Under the pieces are notes generated by a model, which was not told the origin of the DNA, did not search any database, and worked only from the letters and a program-made list of their open reading frames with translations. From a bacterium (lineage in GTDB: Bacteria > JAJRZV01): 32,032 bases of DNA. The translations under genes and the position numbers were made by a program. Of the stretch, positions 20,057 to 29,227 are shown one piece after another. Numbering within the stretch: the stretch's first letter is position 1; each line of letters opens with the position of its first letter. The stretch covers positions 1 through 32,032 of the forward strand of contig JAJRZV010000108.1 of NCBI GenBank assembly GCA_024275095.1, written 5' to 3'.

Positions 20057-20768
20057 CCCCGAAGAGGAATATAGATTTCATATAGAAAGATGTAAAGAAA
20101 AATTAAACCTCCTCTTCCATGTATTTGAACTTACATTAAAAAGGATATTTGGAATAGGGGATAATAAAATGCTAAAAGATGCTGTTTTAAATATGGTTCT
20201 TTATCATGACCTCGGTAAGTTAACAAAAAGATGGCAGGATAATGTTGGAACATCTCGTAAACTCCCTTCTCATGCACCCATAGGAGCAGGATATTTATAT
20301 AAAAAATTTACTAAAGAAAAGATCCCTGAAGATTTGAAGAATGCGATTTGTTTTGCAGTAGCTATTCATCATACTGACAAGGGACTGCTTGGAGATAACA
20401 TAGAAAAACCCGATGTCCAGGCTATATTAGAAGATGTAGCAAATAATTATGGAGAAATAATATGGGCAGATGAAGCAAAAACTTTAGGAGATGAATATTT
20501 TGATTCTCTTGCAGAGAATTTAACAATTTATGATTTAAAAGAAATGGCAAGAGGATTAAGAATATGGGCACTAGGGGATTCTATTATCCATCAACATAAA
20601 AAACGATTACAGGCAACCCTTATGCACCATATATTGAAATTATGTGACATTTCTGCCGCTTTGGAGAGGAAAGCATATAAAAAGAAGGAAGAGGATTACT
20701 ATGGTGGGTGGTTGATGGTGGAGGGGATAAAAAAATACATGGATAATGTTAAACAAAGAGGTGTTTGA
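20037..20768 (+). CDS. cas3'': CRISPR-associated HD nuclease Cas3'' (standalone)
   Basis: FH...YHDLGK...SHA...IHH...LKLCD pattern; overlaps the cas3' end. Split cas3 is typical of type I-A. Confidence 0.92.
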   Translation: MTALLSSPEEEYRFHIERCKEKLNLLFHVFELTLKRIFGIGDNKMLKDAVLNMVLYHDLGKLTKRWQDNVGTSRKLPSHAPIGAGYLYKKFTKEKIPEDLKNAICFAVAIHHTDKGLLGDNIEKPDVQAILEDVANNYGEIIWADEAKTLGDEYFDSLAENLTIYDLKEMARGLRIWALGDSIIHQHKKRLQATLMHHILKLCDISAALERKAYKKKEEDYYGGWLMVEGIKKYMDNVKQRGV

Positions 20769-22724
20769 ATGGCAAAAGAATTTATCCCTGAACTGCATGA
20801 TATTGGTAAGCTTATTGACAAAGAGAAATTAAAACAAGAGAATCTTCAATGGAGCAGACATACTTTTGAAGATTTTGATTTTAACCAGGCGGGCTTTGTA
20901 AAACCAACTTCCCCTTCTTGGTGGGGCCAATATCATCACAGGATAGATGTAAATAAGGATTTAAATGACTGGACACATATTGATGGTAACCATAAACCCG
21001 ATCTATTCTTATTGATATTGGCTGATCATCTTGCTTCTTCAATTTCACGAGCCTTACCACAACTGGGGAGTGCAGGAGAATCGGACAGTATTCTAAAACT
21101 TTGGAACCATGGTTATTCTGAAAATCAACGAAATAAAGGTAAACATTGGGCAGCATTTAAAACAAAAGATGATTTAAAGAGTATGTTTGAACTTATTGAC
21201 AGCATTACATCATATAAAGATTTTTTAGATGCGTATCGAGAGAATCTTCTCTTAACCCCGGAAGATAAATCTATACCAAGAAATATCACTTCTCTTTTTA
21301 CTCACATTAAATTGGTAGGAAAGATATATCGAGTTCTCAAAAGACATATCTTAATTAAAAATAATGGCAAGAGAATTTTATTTGAACTATCTGGAGAACA
21401 AGTAAAAAGTATTAGAGAAACAGAAGGGGGCAACAGAACAACTGGAAACCAAAATGTTGATAAAGGCAGATGGCAAGCAAGATTTGTCAAATGCCACATA
21501 AAGTTCCCACACTCTTTTGTTAGACTTCAAGACATCAATCTATTAGTTAAAAGGAATAAATTGGTTTCTAAACTTGTCGATAATTATGAGGATTATGTGA
21601 TATTCTATAATCCCGACTTCTTATTTCTTTTTCTGCCAATGGGGATAGAAATAGAAGATATATTCAAGGAGCTTCTAAATCTTAAGTTCTTTATTGACTA
21701 TGTAGAAATAATCGCAGATCTGGGCATTCTACGATCAAATCTTGACAGCAAAATCATCAGAGCAAGAAGGGATAGAGATATTCAAACTCTTAATGTCCTT
21801 CAAAATAGAAAATCAAAGGTTTACAAAAAGATACTTTTACCTGAATTTCCAGAGAAAATTTATCCCCCTATCTGTGACATTTGCCAGAGAGAACGAGCTA
21901 CAGAGAGAGCAAAAGAGAATATAAGAGAATGGCTCTGTGATAAATGCCAAAGTATAAGGGATATGGATGAGCCTTTTAGAGAATATGCTGAATGGACTGA
22001 TGAAAAAGTGGTCTGGTTAAAGTTTAATTTCAATCAGGATAAGTTAGAAAAATGGTTACAGGAAGCCTTTGAAGAATACATAGATAAAATACCAAATTTA
22101 GAAAATGGTCAAGTATTGAAAGAAGAATTCCGTTCCTTGGCACCACAGATGGATTTTATTAACGATTATGAAGAGATGCTATTAAATTTTTGGCAACGGT
22201 GTTCAGAGGACGATATTAAGAGACCGATATCAAATTATAATGAGATTGCAACATTTAAATATTCAGGACTCCTTATAATGAAAATAATAACACTCTTTAT
22301 AGAGCTACATGATGCTTATTTCCTCGACTGTAAAAGTAACACAGATTCTCCTATAAGCTTATCTTTGAGTATTGCTCATCATAAATATCCCATTCGTGAA
22401 CACTGGAGATATTTTGAGAATCCAATAAATTTTTTAAATATTAGGTATCATAATGTTTTTAAAGAGAACTATACTAAGGAAGAAGCTAAAGAGATAATAG
22501 AAAAATTAATAACCTCTGAAAAAGTCTCATCGCATTTTCTCCATAACTTGATTGCTTTATATGAGGAATTAGATTCTGAACTTCATATTGCAATAGAATT
22601 ACTCAACAATAGGAAGAAATATCCAGAGCCTTTTGAATTATATTCAAGGCTTGGCATCCCGCCGGTAAAATTCCTAAATTTTTGTAGAATAGCGGAGGAA
22701 GAAAAAGATGTTCTTCAGACTTAA
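20769..22724 (+). CDS. cas10: Cas10-like large subunit with HD domain and degenerate Palm (type III-F-like)
   Basis: N-terminal LHDIGK, QYHH, LADHLASS, TSLFTH (compare Csm1 SLYDH), zinc finger CDIC...CDKC, Palm2 tail LSLSIAHHKYPI. No GGDD; 651 aa. Confidence 0.82.
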   Translation: MAKEFIPELHDIGKLIDKEKLKQENLQWSRHTFEDFDFNQAGFVKPTSPSWWGQYHHRIDVNKDLNDWTHIDGNHKPDLFLLILADHLASSISRALPQLGSAGESDSILKLWNHGYSENQRNKGKHWAAFKTKDDLKSMFELIDSITSYKDFLDAYRENLLLTPEDKSIPRNITSLFTHIKLVGKIYRVLKRHILIKNNGKRILFELSGEQVKSIRETEGGNRTTGNQNVDKGRWQARFVKCHIKFPHSFVRLQDINLLVKRNKLVSKLVDNYEDYVIFYNPDFLFLFLPMGIEIEDIFKELLNLKFFIDYVEIIADLGILRSNLDSKIIRARRDRDIQTLNVLQNRKSKVYKKILLPEFPEKIYPPICDICQRERATERAKENIREWLCDKCQSIRDMDEPFREYAEWTDEKVVWLKFNFNQDKLEKWLQEAFEEYIDKIPNLENGQVLKEEFRSLAPQMDFINDYEEMLLNFWQRCSEDDIKRPISNYNEIATFKYSGLLIMKIITLFIELHDAYFLDCKSNTDSPISLSLSIAHHKYPIREHWRYFENPINFLNIRYHNVFKENYTKEEAKEIIEKLITSEKVSSHFLHNLIALYEELDSELHIAIELLNNRKKYPEPFELYSRLGIPPVKFLNFCRIAEEEKDVLQT

Positions 22725-23322
22725 AGTTCATATAGATTCTATAGTAATTGGAGAAAGAATTAAAGGCGGAACTTATAGGCCTTGCCTGGAAACAATTCCT
22801 TCTTCTACCATCAAAGGTGTATTCAGGCACTTCTTTGGTAAAGATGTTAAGGGAGTAGGCCATTTTGAAAAAGGAACCTATGAGCAAAAAGAGCTAATCT
22901 ATTCTGTGAAGGATAAATATCTTGAAGCTGCTAAAATGCCCATTATTTCTAGTTATTTAGCACCAAAGAATACAGAAAAAATAAAGGCAGATATTTTTAT
23001 TGTTAAAGAAAATCATATCACTAAAGACATGTTTGATAACTTTATCTTTACAATGGGGGGATTGAAAAGCAGAGGTTTTGGTAGATCTGAGGTAATAAAT
23101 GTTGAAGAAGTGACACCACAAATTAAACAGGGATGGTTAAAAATCAGGATATTTGAAGATGAAGTTGAATATTTTGCGATACAAGCTTTGTCTCCTCTTT
23201 ATGGCTACCTTTTTCATCCGACTGATTTTGTTTCTGGTTTTTATAAAAGAGCATTGTTCGAAGGAAGTCTTGTAAAAGCACCAGAGATATTTTTAGAAAA
23301 GGAGAGCTATTATGATGAGTAA
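22708..23322 (+). CDS. Cas5-group RAMP of the III-F-like module
   Basis: IPSSTIKG and G-loop MGGLKSRGFG; directly after cas10. Confidence 0.75.
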   Translation: MFFRLKVHIDSIVIGERIKGGTYRPCLETIPSSTIKGVFRHFFGKDVKGVGHFEKGTYEQKELIYSVKDKYLEAAKMPIISSYLAPKNTEKIKADIFIVKENHITKDMFDNFIFTMGGLKSRGFGRSEVINVEEVTPQIKQGWLKIRIFEDEVEYFAIQALSPLYGYLFHPTDFVSGFYKRALFEGSLVKAPEIFLEKESYYDE

Positions 23323-23869
23323 AATGGATTTAATCCTCCGAAAGGTATTAAACGATCCAGATATCTTCTGGATAAGGAAAGAAATTTTTAAGAAGGACGA
23401 ATGGAGCGATTTAAGAAAGGATTTAGGAAAGCCAGAAGAATTTAATAAAAAAGTAGATATCAAGATACAGAAGTTAGAAGAAGAGAAGAATAAGGAACAG
23501 GATAATAAGAAAAAGAAAACAATTGAAGCTGCGATAGAGCAATGTAAAGGGATTAAAACCACTTTAGAACAAAATCCATATCTTGTTAAACAACTGTTTG
23601 ACAATCTTGAGTCCTTTGGAATAGTTCAAAGTAATCTTCCTAATATGGATGATCATGGGAAGATAATAGAGAGACACAACTTTTCTATAGTTGAGCAATT
23701 TTTCTTGGACAAAATAAAAAGAGAAAATAACCCACACAAGAAAAAGGCTCTTAAAAAAATTCTAGGATATTTTAAAGAACTGGCTGAATTTAATCAATCC
23801 ATTTTAGAAATAGCCTTTTTCGTTAGAAAACTCGATTCATTACAGAAATTATGGGAGATATCAAAATGA
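23312..23869 (+). CDS. alpha-helical small subunit, Cas11/Csx26-like
   Basis: 185 aa, charged and helical-looking with no enzyme motif. Assigned by its position between the Cas5 and Cas7 RAMPs. Confidence 0.55.
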   Translation: MMSKMDLILRKVLNDPDIFWIRKEIFKKDEWSDLRKDLGKPEEFNKKVDIKIQKLEEEKNKEQDNKKKKTIEAAIEQCKGIKTTLEQNPYLVKQLFDNLESFGIVQSNLPNMDDHGKIIERHNFSIVEQFFLDKIKRENNPHKKKALKKILGYFKELAEFNQSILEIAFFVRKLDSLQKLWEISK

Positions 23870-23899
23870 ATGCATTAAAAGTAACTCTATAATGGAGAA

Positions 23900-24721
23900 A
23901 TGGAAATAAACTTCAAGCAAGAGGGTAAGGTAGAACTATTGCTTTTGCCTATATGTATTACTGTTGAAGAAGGCTCTTTTCTCCATATAGGAACGGCTCC
24001 TTCACCCCTGACAGAAAAGAAAGGAGCCATTTTTAAAGTTGATAGAATACCGGTGATTCCTGCTACAAGTTTCAAAGGTGCTTTGAGAAATCAATTAGAA
24101 TTGCTGTTGATAGAAAAACTTACTGAACTCAAGGAAAGCCTTAAGTTGGATGATGACAATATTCTTAAGCCCTGCGTTCCAGCTCCAAGACCTACCAGAG
24201 CTGAAAAAGAGCTAATAAATTCAGGAACCTATAGAGGAGATCATTGTGAAATTCGGTCAGATGAAGAAAAGATAGAGGTAGGCAATTCAGGTATTTGCCC
24301 TGTTTGCTACTTTATGGGAGCAACAGGAATAATGGGTTTCTTAAGATTTACAAACTTTTATGCTGAAGAAGGAGATTGGTTAATTGATCAAATTAACATC
24401 AGAATAGATAGAAAAACAGGCACTGCAGCACATCGAGCGAAAGTTGATGGTGAACAGGTTAAACCGGGCACAATTTTTACTGGAGCAGTTGAACTAATAA
24501 ATAAAACACCTCAAGGTTTTGAATTTGGACACCCAAGAAAGATAGGCAACGTTATAATAGATAAATGGTTAGAAAAGCGGGCTGACCAAGATAACAATCG
24601 CAGAAAAAAGATCCTGATTGAGAAAATTCTCCTCCCCGCTATTCAAAATGTTAAACTTTTAGGTGGGCAGAAAAGTAAAGGAGCAGGAAAAGTTAAAGTT
24701 GAAATAATAATAAATGCTTAA
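23900..24721 (+). CDS. Cas7-group RAMP (Csm3-like backbone) of the III-F-like module
   Basis: LHIG, PVIPATSFKGALR, C..HC..CPVCYFMG, IRIDRKTGTA, LLGGQKSKGAG. Confidence 0.88.
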   Translation: MEINFKQEGKVELLLLPICITVEEGSFLHIGTAPSPLTEKKGAIFKVDRIPVIPATSFKGALRNQLELLLIEKLTELKESLKLDDDNILKPCVPAPRPTRAEKELINSGTYRGDHCEIRSDEEKIEVGNSGICPVCYFMGATGIMGFLRFTNFYAEEGDWLIDQINIRIDRKTGTAAHRAKVDGEQVKPGTIFTGAVELINKTPQGFEFGHPRKIGNVIIDKWLEKRADQDNNRRKKILIEKILLPAIQNVKLLGGQKSKGAGKVKVEIIINA

Positions 24722-24732
24722 AGGATAAAATT

Positions 24733-26169
24733 ATGCTTACCCTTTACACCCCGGCAACAGGATTTCCAGATTTGGAGATAAAGATTGCTTATGGATTGGC
24801 GAGGGTGGGGATTGAGGCTGGGGCTGAAGTTTCTATCGTGCCACAGATTGGTTTTTATGAAGTTGTTTTTAATTCACTTCCTCATGTCTCGTCTCTGAAT
24901 AAAACATTTCATATTCTTTTGAAACGTATTCTTTCTAATAAAAAATTTTATAATTTAGGAGTCAAAGCAAGGTATAGAGCTGTATATCTTCCAGTTGATA
25001 TTAAAAAGAAAGACTTTAAAACTCATCTTTTAAAAATTGACCTGTCCAGTTTATATAAGCCTGCTAACATAGAAAAATATTTTGATTTCACGAGAGATAA
25101 AGCGTGTCATCATAAAAAAAATCCCAAATTTGGATCAACACAAAAGAATGCAAAAGGATTAGGGGGGTTGATACTACTTGCTTCTGTTCATGCAGGCAAA
25201 CCTCAGTATAGAGACAACAGGAAAAGAGATTTAAATTTGGGGTTGTGTGAAGCATGTGGATATCTCAATGTATTGGGGAAAGAGTCCTTTTCCTTTGAGA
25301 TTCAATTAGGAAAGGGTAAAAATAGAAAGTCTGTATGGGTTCTCCCTATCCCGAATAAAAAATTAGAAAACAAAAATATCCTAAGTTTGCTATCTCTCCA
25401 GAAGACATTACATAATTTCTGGCTTTCTGATTTGATACCTCTAAGGACTTTTGCTGTGGGATTATTAGCCAAGATTCCTTCACTTAGCGATATAATTGAA
25501 GAGTTAGAATTGAGTTTTCACCTCTCGTTAGTTTCAAAAAATAATAGAGGTGACACAGTTGTAGAACAAACAGCAGTTGTAAATACAATGCCATTTTCGA
25601 AGTTTATTACAAACTCACCATATAATTCTGTTACTTTGGAAAGATTATTATCAGGTCAACCCAAAGTTCCATCTTTGATTAAAATTGTAGATATACTTGA
25701 GAATAACAAGGGAAAGGATTTACCAACATTCGCCCGCCTCTATGTTCAGGAAACATCATCAGATAACCGGGTAAATCTTTTATACCCGGAAACAACAAAA
25801 TATCTTTTAAAGGAGGTTGCTATGATTGATTCAAAAATCATTGAAAACCCCGCACTGGAGAGTCTCGCAAGGACTCTCCGATATTTTATAAAAAAACGAA
25901 AATATAGTTATGCTGATGACATCAGAAATGCAAAAAAAGAATCCAGAGATTTTGAAGAGACAATTGCAAAGATGTTGAGAGAAGGAAAACTCAGGCTTGA
26001 ACAAGAAGAGATGATTCACCTTCCAGATACAGAAGAAATAAAGGAAGTATTTAAACTCGCTAATGAAGATTTTGAAAGCACAAAAACTGCGCTTGTAATC
26101 CTTGCCTTTTCATTTCCTTCAAGGGATGAAAAAGAGCAAAAAACAACACAGGAGGTCCAAAATGCTTAA
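24733..26169 (+). CDS. cas8a: type I-A-like large subunit Cas8a (Csx9/Cas8a2-like) with C-terminal Cas11-like domain
   Basis: YTPATGFPDLEIKIAYGLARV N-terminus, HAGK...LCEACG zinc motif, position before cas7-cas5. Confidence 0.72.
   Translation: MLTLYTPATGFPDLEIKIAYGLARVGIEAGAEVSIVPQIGFYEVVFNSLPHVSSLNKTFHILLKRILSNKKFYNLGVKARYRAVYLPVDIKKKDFKTHLLKIDLSSLYKPANIEKYFDFTRDKACHHKKNPKFGSTQKNAKGLGGLILLASVHAGKPQYRDNRKRDLNLGLCEACGYLNVLGKESFSFEIQLGKGKNRKSVWVLPIPNKKLENKNILSLLSLQKTLHNFWLSDLIPLRTFAVGLLAKIPSLSDIIEELELSFHLSLVSKNNRGDTVVEQTAVVNTMPFSKFITNSPYNSVTLERLLSGQPKVPSLIKIVDILENNKGKDLPTFARLYVQETSSDNRVNLLYPETTKYLLKEVAMIDSKIIENPALESLARTLRYFIKKRKYSYADDIRNAKKESRDFEETIAKMLREGKLRLEQEEMIHLPDTEEIKEVFKLANEDFESTKTALVILAFSFPSRDEKEQKTTQEVQNA
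25822..26169 (+). CDS. putative internally translated Cas11 (Csa5-like) small subunit, 115 aa, in frame within cas8a
   Basis: AAGGAGGT at 25810-25817 precedes the in-frame ATG at 25822 (Met364). Product MIDSKIIENPALESLARTLRYFIKKRKYSYADDIRNA... looks all-helical. Confidence 0.65.
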   Translation: MIDSKIIENPALESLARTLRYFIKKRKYSYADDIRNAKKESRDFEETIAKMLREGKLRLEQEEMIHLPDTEEIKEVFKLANEDFESTKTALVILAFSFPSRDEKEQKTTQEVQNA

Positions 26170-27100
26170 ATTTGTAACTTTTGCCGTAAAGGTGCAATTA
26201 AATGTGCATGATTTAAACAATGAAGCAGTAGCAGGTAATGTGACTGATATAAGGGTAATGGAGTTTCTTGATGAAAATGGAAAAAGGCAGGAAGCACCTG
26301 CGGTGTCAGGCAGAATGCTCAAACATTGGCATTGTGAAGGAATTAGACACCTAATAATAAGTGGCGAGTATTCCACCATTCCTCTCTGTGCAGGGTGCAA
26401 AGCAGGAGAACCAATAAGACCCGGTATGATTAATAATGGCAATCTCTCTCAAAATTCGGGTATTACAGAAGAGGAAGCTGTTCAAGGTTGTATAGTTTGC
26501 GATACCCATGGCTATTTAATTGCAACACCTGAAACCACGGCGGGGGAAGGTGGTGTCTCCGCACGGAGAAGTTCACGAGTTATGTTCTCATGGCTTATGC
26601 CTGTTATGGGTATGGAAGCAGTTTCTAAACAGGTAATTCATAACAGAGTTTCTGCTGACCCTAAAACAATGATGCCTTTCAACAAATCCTATGCCTCTGG
26701 CATTTATGCTTTTGTTTCTGCTCTTGATGTGGATAGAATTGGACTTGTTGAATTAAATCTTGGAAGTGATAATCCCTATGCAGTGGATGATAACAACGGA
26801 CGAAAAGACAGAATAAAAGTTGCTATTGAGGCATATCGCTATCTTATATCAGGACAGATAGGAGCGTCCCTATCACATGCCATTCCTCATTGGGACCCTA
26901 TTGAGATTTTAGTATGCTATTCTGAAAAAGGACCTTTACCTTTTCCCGTATCGCCGATATATCCTGACTATATTGTGAAAACTCTTGGAGTTATGCCTGA
27001 GGGAACAAGTTTCCTATACACTGGAAAGGATTCCCCTGAGGGAGTGAATAAAAAAGAAAAGATAGATGAAATCTTTAGGGAATTGTTGAACAAGGTATAA
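26162..27100 (+). CDS. cas7: Cas7 (DevR/Csa2 family)
   Basis: LNVHDLNNEAVAGNVTDIR, PAVSGRMLKHWH, CIVCDTHGYL, RRSSRVMFSW, IHNRV. ATG at 26162 behind an AGGAGG RBS. Confidence 0.92.
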   Translation: MLKFVTFAVKVQLNVHDLNNEAVAGNVTDIRVMEFLDENGKRQEAPAVSGRMLKHWHCEGIRHLIISGEYSTIPLCAGCKAGEPIRPGMINNGNLSQNSGITEEEAVQGCIVCDTHGYLIATPETTAGEGGVSARRSSRVMFSWLMPVMGMEAVSKQVIHNRVSADPKTMMPFNKSYASGIYAFVSALDVDRIGLVELNLGSDNPYAVDDNNGRKDRIKVAIEAYRYLISGQIGASLSHAIPHWDPIEILVCYSEKGPLPFPVSPIYPDYIVKTLGVMPEGTSFLYTGKDSPEGVNKKEKIDEIFRELLNKV

Positions 27101-27103
27101 AAA

Positions 27104-27904
27104 TTGCAGGCTCTTGTTTTTGAGATAAGGCTGAATTCACTTTATTCTATTAGACTCCCCTTCACCTGGCAGTCCTCTTTGATCTATCCTGTTCTTCCCC
27201 CTTCCTCAGTTATAGGGCTCGCTGCCAATGCCCTGCAAAGGTATAAAAACAATAAGCATCCCCTTGAATATCTTAAAGAACTTCAAGAGAGGATTGAATG
27301 GGCAGGTTCAAGATTGCTTTTTCCCTGCGTTATAAAGAGTTATACGACTTCAGCTATTACAAAGTGGAAAATTCCCCTGGGTGGAAAGTCTACAAATGCC
27401 CTGGGAAGAGAATTTGCATATAGCAGGGGAATGCAACTTCTTATAATCTATAAAGATGAAGAACTTATTAAAGAGACGGCTTTGGCCTTAAAAACTTCCC
27501 CGATTACAGCTGGAGATAGCGAGTCTCCAGTTTTTATAAACGACGGTCCGTATATAAAAAAGGTTAAAAAATATAATGTAAACAAAGAAGAAACTGTTGT
27601 AACAAATTTTCCTTTTCCTTTTGAACCTCAAAAATTAGAAATAATTGAAGGGAGAGGGTTAGTGTTTCTTTTTCACGAAAAGTGCTTAAAAATTAAAAAT
27701 TTTCCATTGAGAACTTATGTATGTCCTTTGGCGATGGGAAGCAAAAATATAATTTGTCCAGAAACTGTTAAATTAAAATTTAAACAGGAGGCGACAATAT
27801 TTGAGGTAGAGGAAGCAGGTAAAATTGTATTTTTCCCTGCATCAACTGAAGAGTCATCCTGCCCATCTATTAAGAAGAAAGGAGGGGGTAAAAAGAAGAG
27901 GTAA
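27104..27904 (+). CDS. cas5: Cas5, type I-A-like
   Basis: YSIRLPFTWQSSLIYPVLPPSSVIGLAANA, AGDSES. Confidence 0.9.
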   Translation: MQALVFEIRLNSLYSIRLPFTWQSSLIYPVLPPSSVIGLAANALQRYKNNKHPLEYLKELQERIEWAGSRLLFPCVIKSYTTSAITKWKIPLGGKSTNALGREFAYSRGMQLLIIYKDEELIKETALALKTSPITAGDSESPVFINDGPYIKKVKKYNVNKEETVVTNFPFPFEPQKLEIIEGRGLVFLFHEKCLKIKNFPLRTYVCPLAMGSKNIICPETVKLKFKQEATIFEVEEAGKIVFFPASTEESSCPSIKKKGGGKKKR

Positions 27905-27938
27905 CTTTCAGAATGATTTTTGCCTAAATAAAAAGGTA

Positions 27939-28433
27939 ATGCCCCAAGTAACCGGCACACTTATCTGGTATTATTTCATATGCAAGAGGGAGGTGTGGTT
28001 GATGGGTCACGGAATAACTCCGTTCCAGGATAACCCCTTTGTGGAAATAGGGCGCTTGATTCACGAAGAGTCCTACCAGAGGGAAAAGAAAGAGGTAGAT
28101 GCAGGCAATATGAAATTTGACATTATAAAAAAGAGGGATGGCAAAGTTATTGTAGCAGAAGTTAAAAAATCCTCACGATTTATAGATTCTGCCACCATGC
28201 AACTTGTCTTTTACCTTTACAATCTCAAAAAGCAGGGGATTTCAGCAGAAGGGGAACTGCTTGTTCCAAGAGAGAAGAAAAGAATAAAAGTTGAACTTAC
28301 AGAAGATAATATAAAAAAAATTGAGAATGCGATTTCAGAAATCAGGGAAATAACAAACCGCGATATTCCGCCTCCAGTTGTAAAAAACAGGTATTGCAGA
28401 AGGTGTGCATTCAGTGACTTTTGCTGGGCATAA
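27939..28433 (+). CDS. cas4: CRISPR-associated exonuclease Cas4
   Basis: TGTLIWYYFICKREVWL, GRLIHE, KFD, EVKKS, QLVFYLY, CRRCAFSDFC Fe-S cysteines. Confidence 0.95.
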   Translation: MPQVTGTLIWYYFICKREVWLMGHGITPFQDNPFVEIGRLIHEESYQREKKEVDAGNMKFDIIKKRDGKVIVAEVKKSSRFIDSATMQLVFYLYNLKKQGISAEGELLVPREKKRIKVELTEDNIKKIENAISEIREITNRDIPPPVVKNRYCRRCAFSDFCWA

Positions 28434-28471
28434 ACTGGGAACAAATGTGCATTTTTGATATATTATAAATT

Positions 28472-29218
28472 ATGAGGATTAGAATAAATTTTGAAACCAG
28501 TGAAAGTAAAATAGTTTTTCCAGTTCATTACAATCATATTCTCCAGGGGTTTATATATTCCTGTATTGATGATGACCTTGCAGAGTTTCTTCATGAAAAA
28601 GGATATGTTTATGGAAAAAGAAGATTCAAACTCTTTACCTTTTCCAGACTTATGGGCAGCTGTTCATTTGATAGAAACAATAAAAAACTTGTTTATAATT
28701 CTTCAATTTATTTTATAATTGCATCGCCACTCGAAAGTTTTCTTGAAAGTCTCGTGAGAAATATGCTGAAGGGTGGTGAAATTAAGATGAACTCACAGAC
28801 GCTTTATGTTTCATCTGTGGAGGTTCTTCCTTTACCGGACCTGAACACCACTGCTTCAGTAAAGATAAAGATGCTTTCCCCTATAACAGTTTACAGCACC
28901 CTTACAAAAACAGACGGAAAAAAGAAGACATATTATTACAACCCTTATGAGAGGGAATTTGCAGAGCAAATAACAGAAAATCTCAGAAAAAAATATGTAA
29001 TCCTCAGGGGAAATGACGAAGGATTTGTGTTTGAGATAAAACCCAAAAACGTCAAATCCCGTGATGAAAAGATAATAATCTACAAGCAAACCGTCATCAA
29101 GGGATGGATGGGAACTTATACTGTAAAGGGGAGTATTGATGTTCTGAAAACTGCTTACGATACAGGAATAGGCAGCAAAAATTCTCAAGGTTTCGGGATG
29201 TTTGAGATAATTGGTTGA
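28472..29218 (+). CDS. cas6: CRISPR endoribonuclease Cas6
   Basis: YNHILQG, KLFTFSRL, LSPITVY, C-terminal GIGSKNSQGFG. Confidence 0.96.
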   Translation: MRIRINFETSESKIVFPVHYNHILQGFIYSCIDDDLAEFLHEKGYVYGKRRFKLFTFSRLMGSCSFDRNNKKLVYNSSIYFIIASPLESFLESLVRNMLKGGEIKMNSQTLYVSSVEVLPLPDLNTTASVKIKMLSPITVYSTLTKTDGKKKTYYYNPYEREFAEQITENLRKKYVILRGNDEGFVFEIKPKNVKSRDEKIIIYKQTVIKGWMGTYTVKGSIDVLKTAYDTGIGSKNSQGFGMFEIIG

Positions 29219-29227
29219 GGAAAAGAC

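Noticed and set aside
20769-22724. Type I-D Cas10d assignment
   Set aside because: The protein is much shorter than typical Cas10d, has Csm1-like permuted HD and Palm-tail motifs, and is followed by a Csm3-like RAMP. A separate Cas3'' HD is already present.
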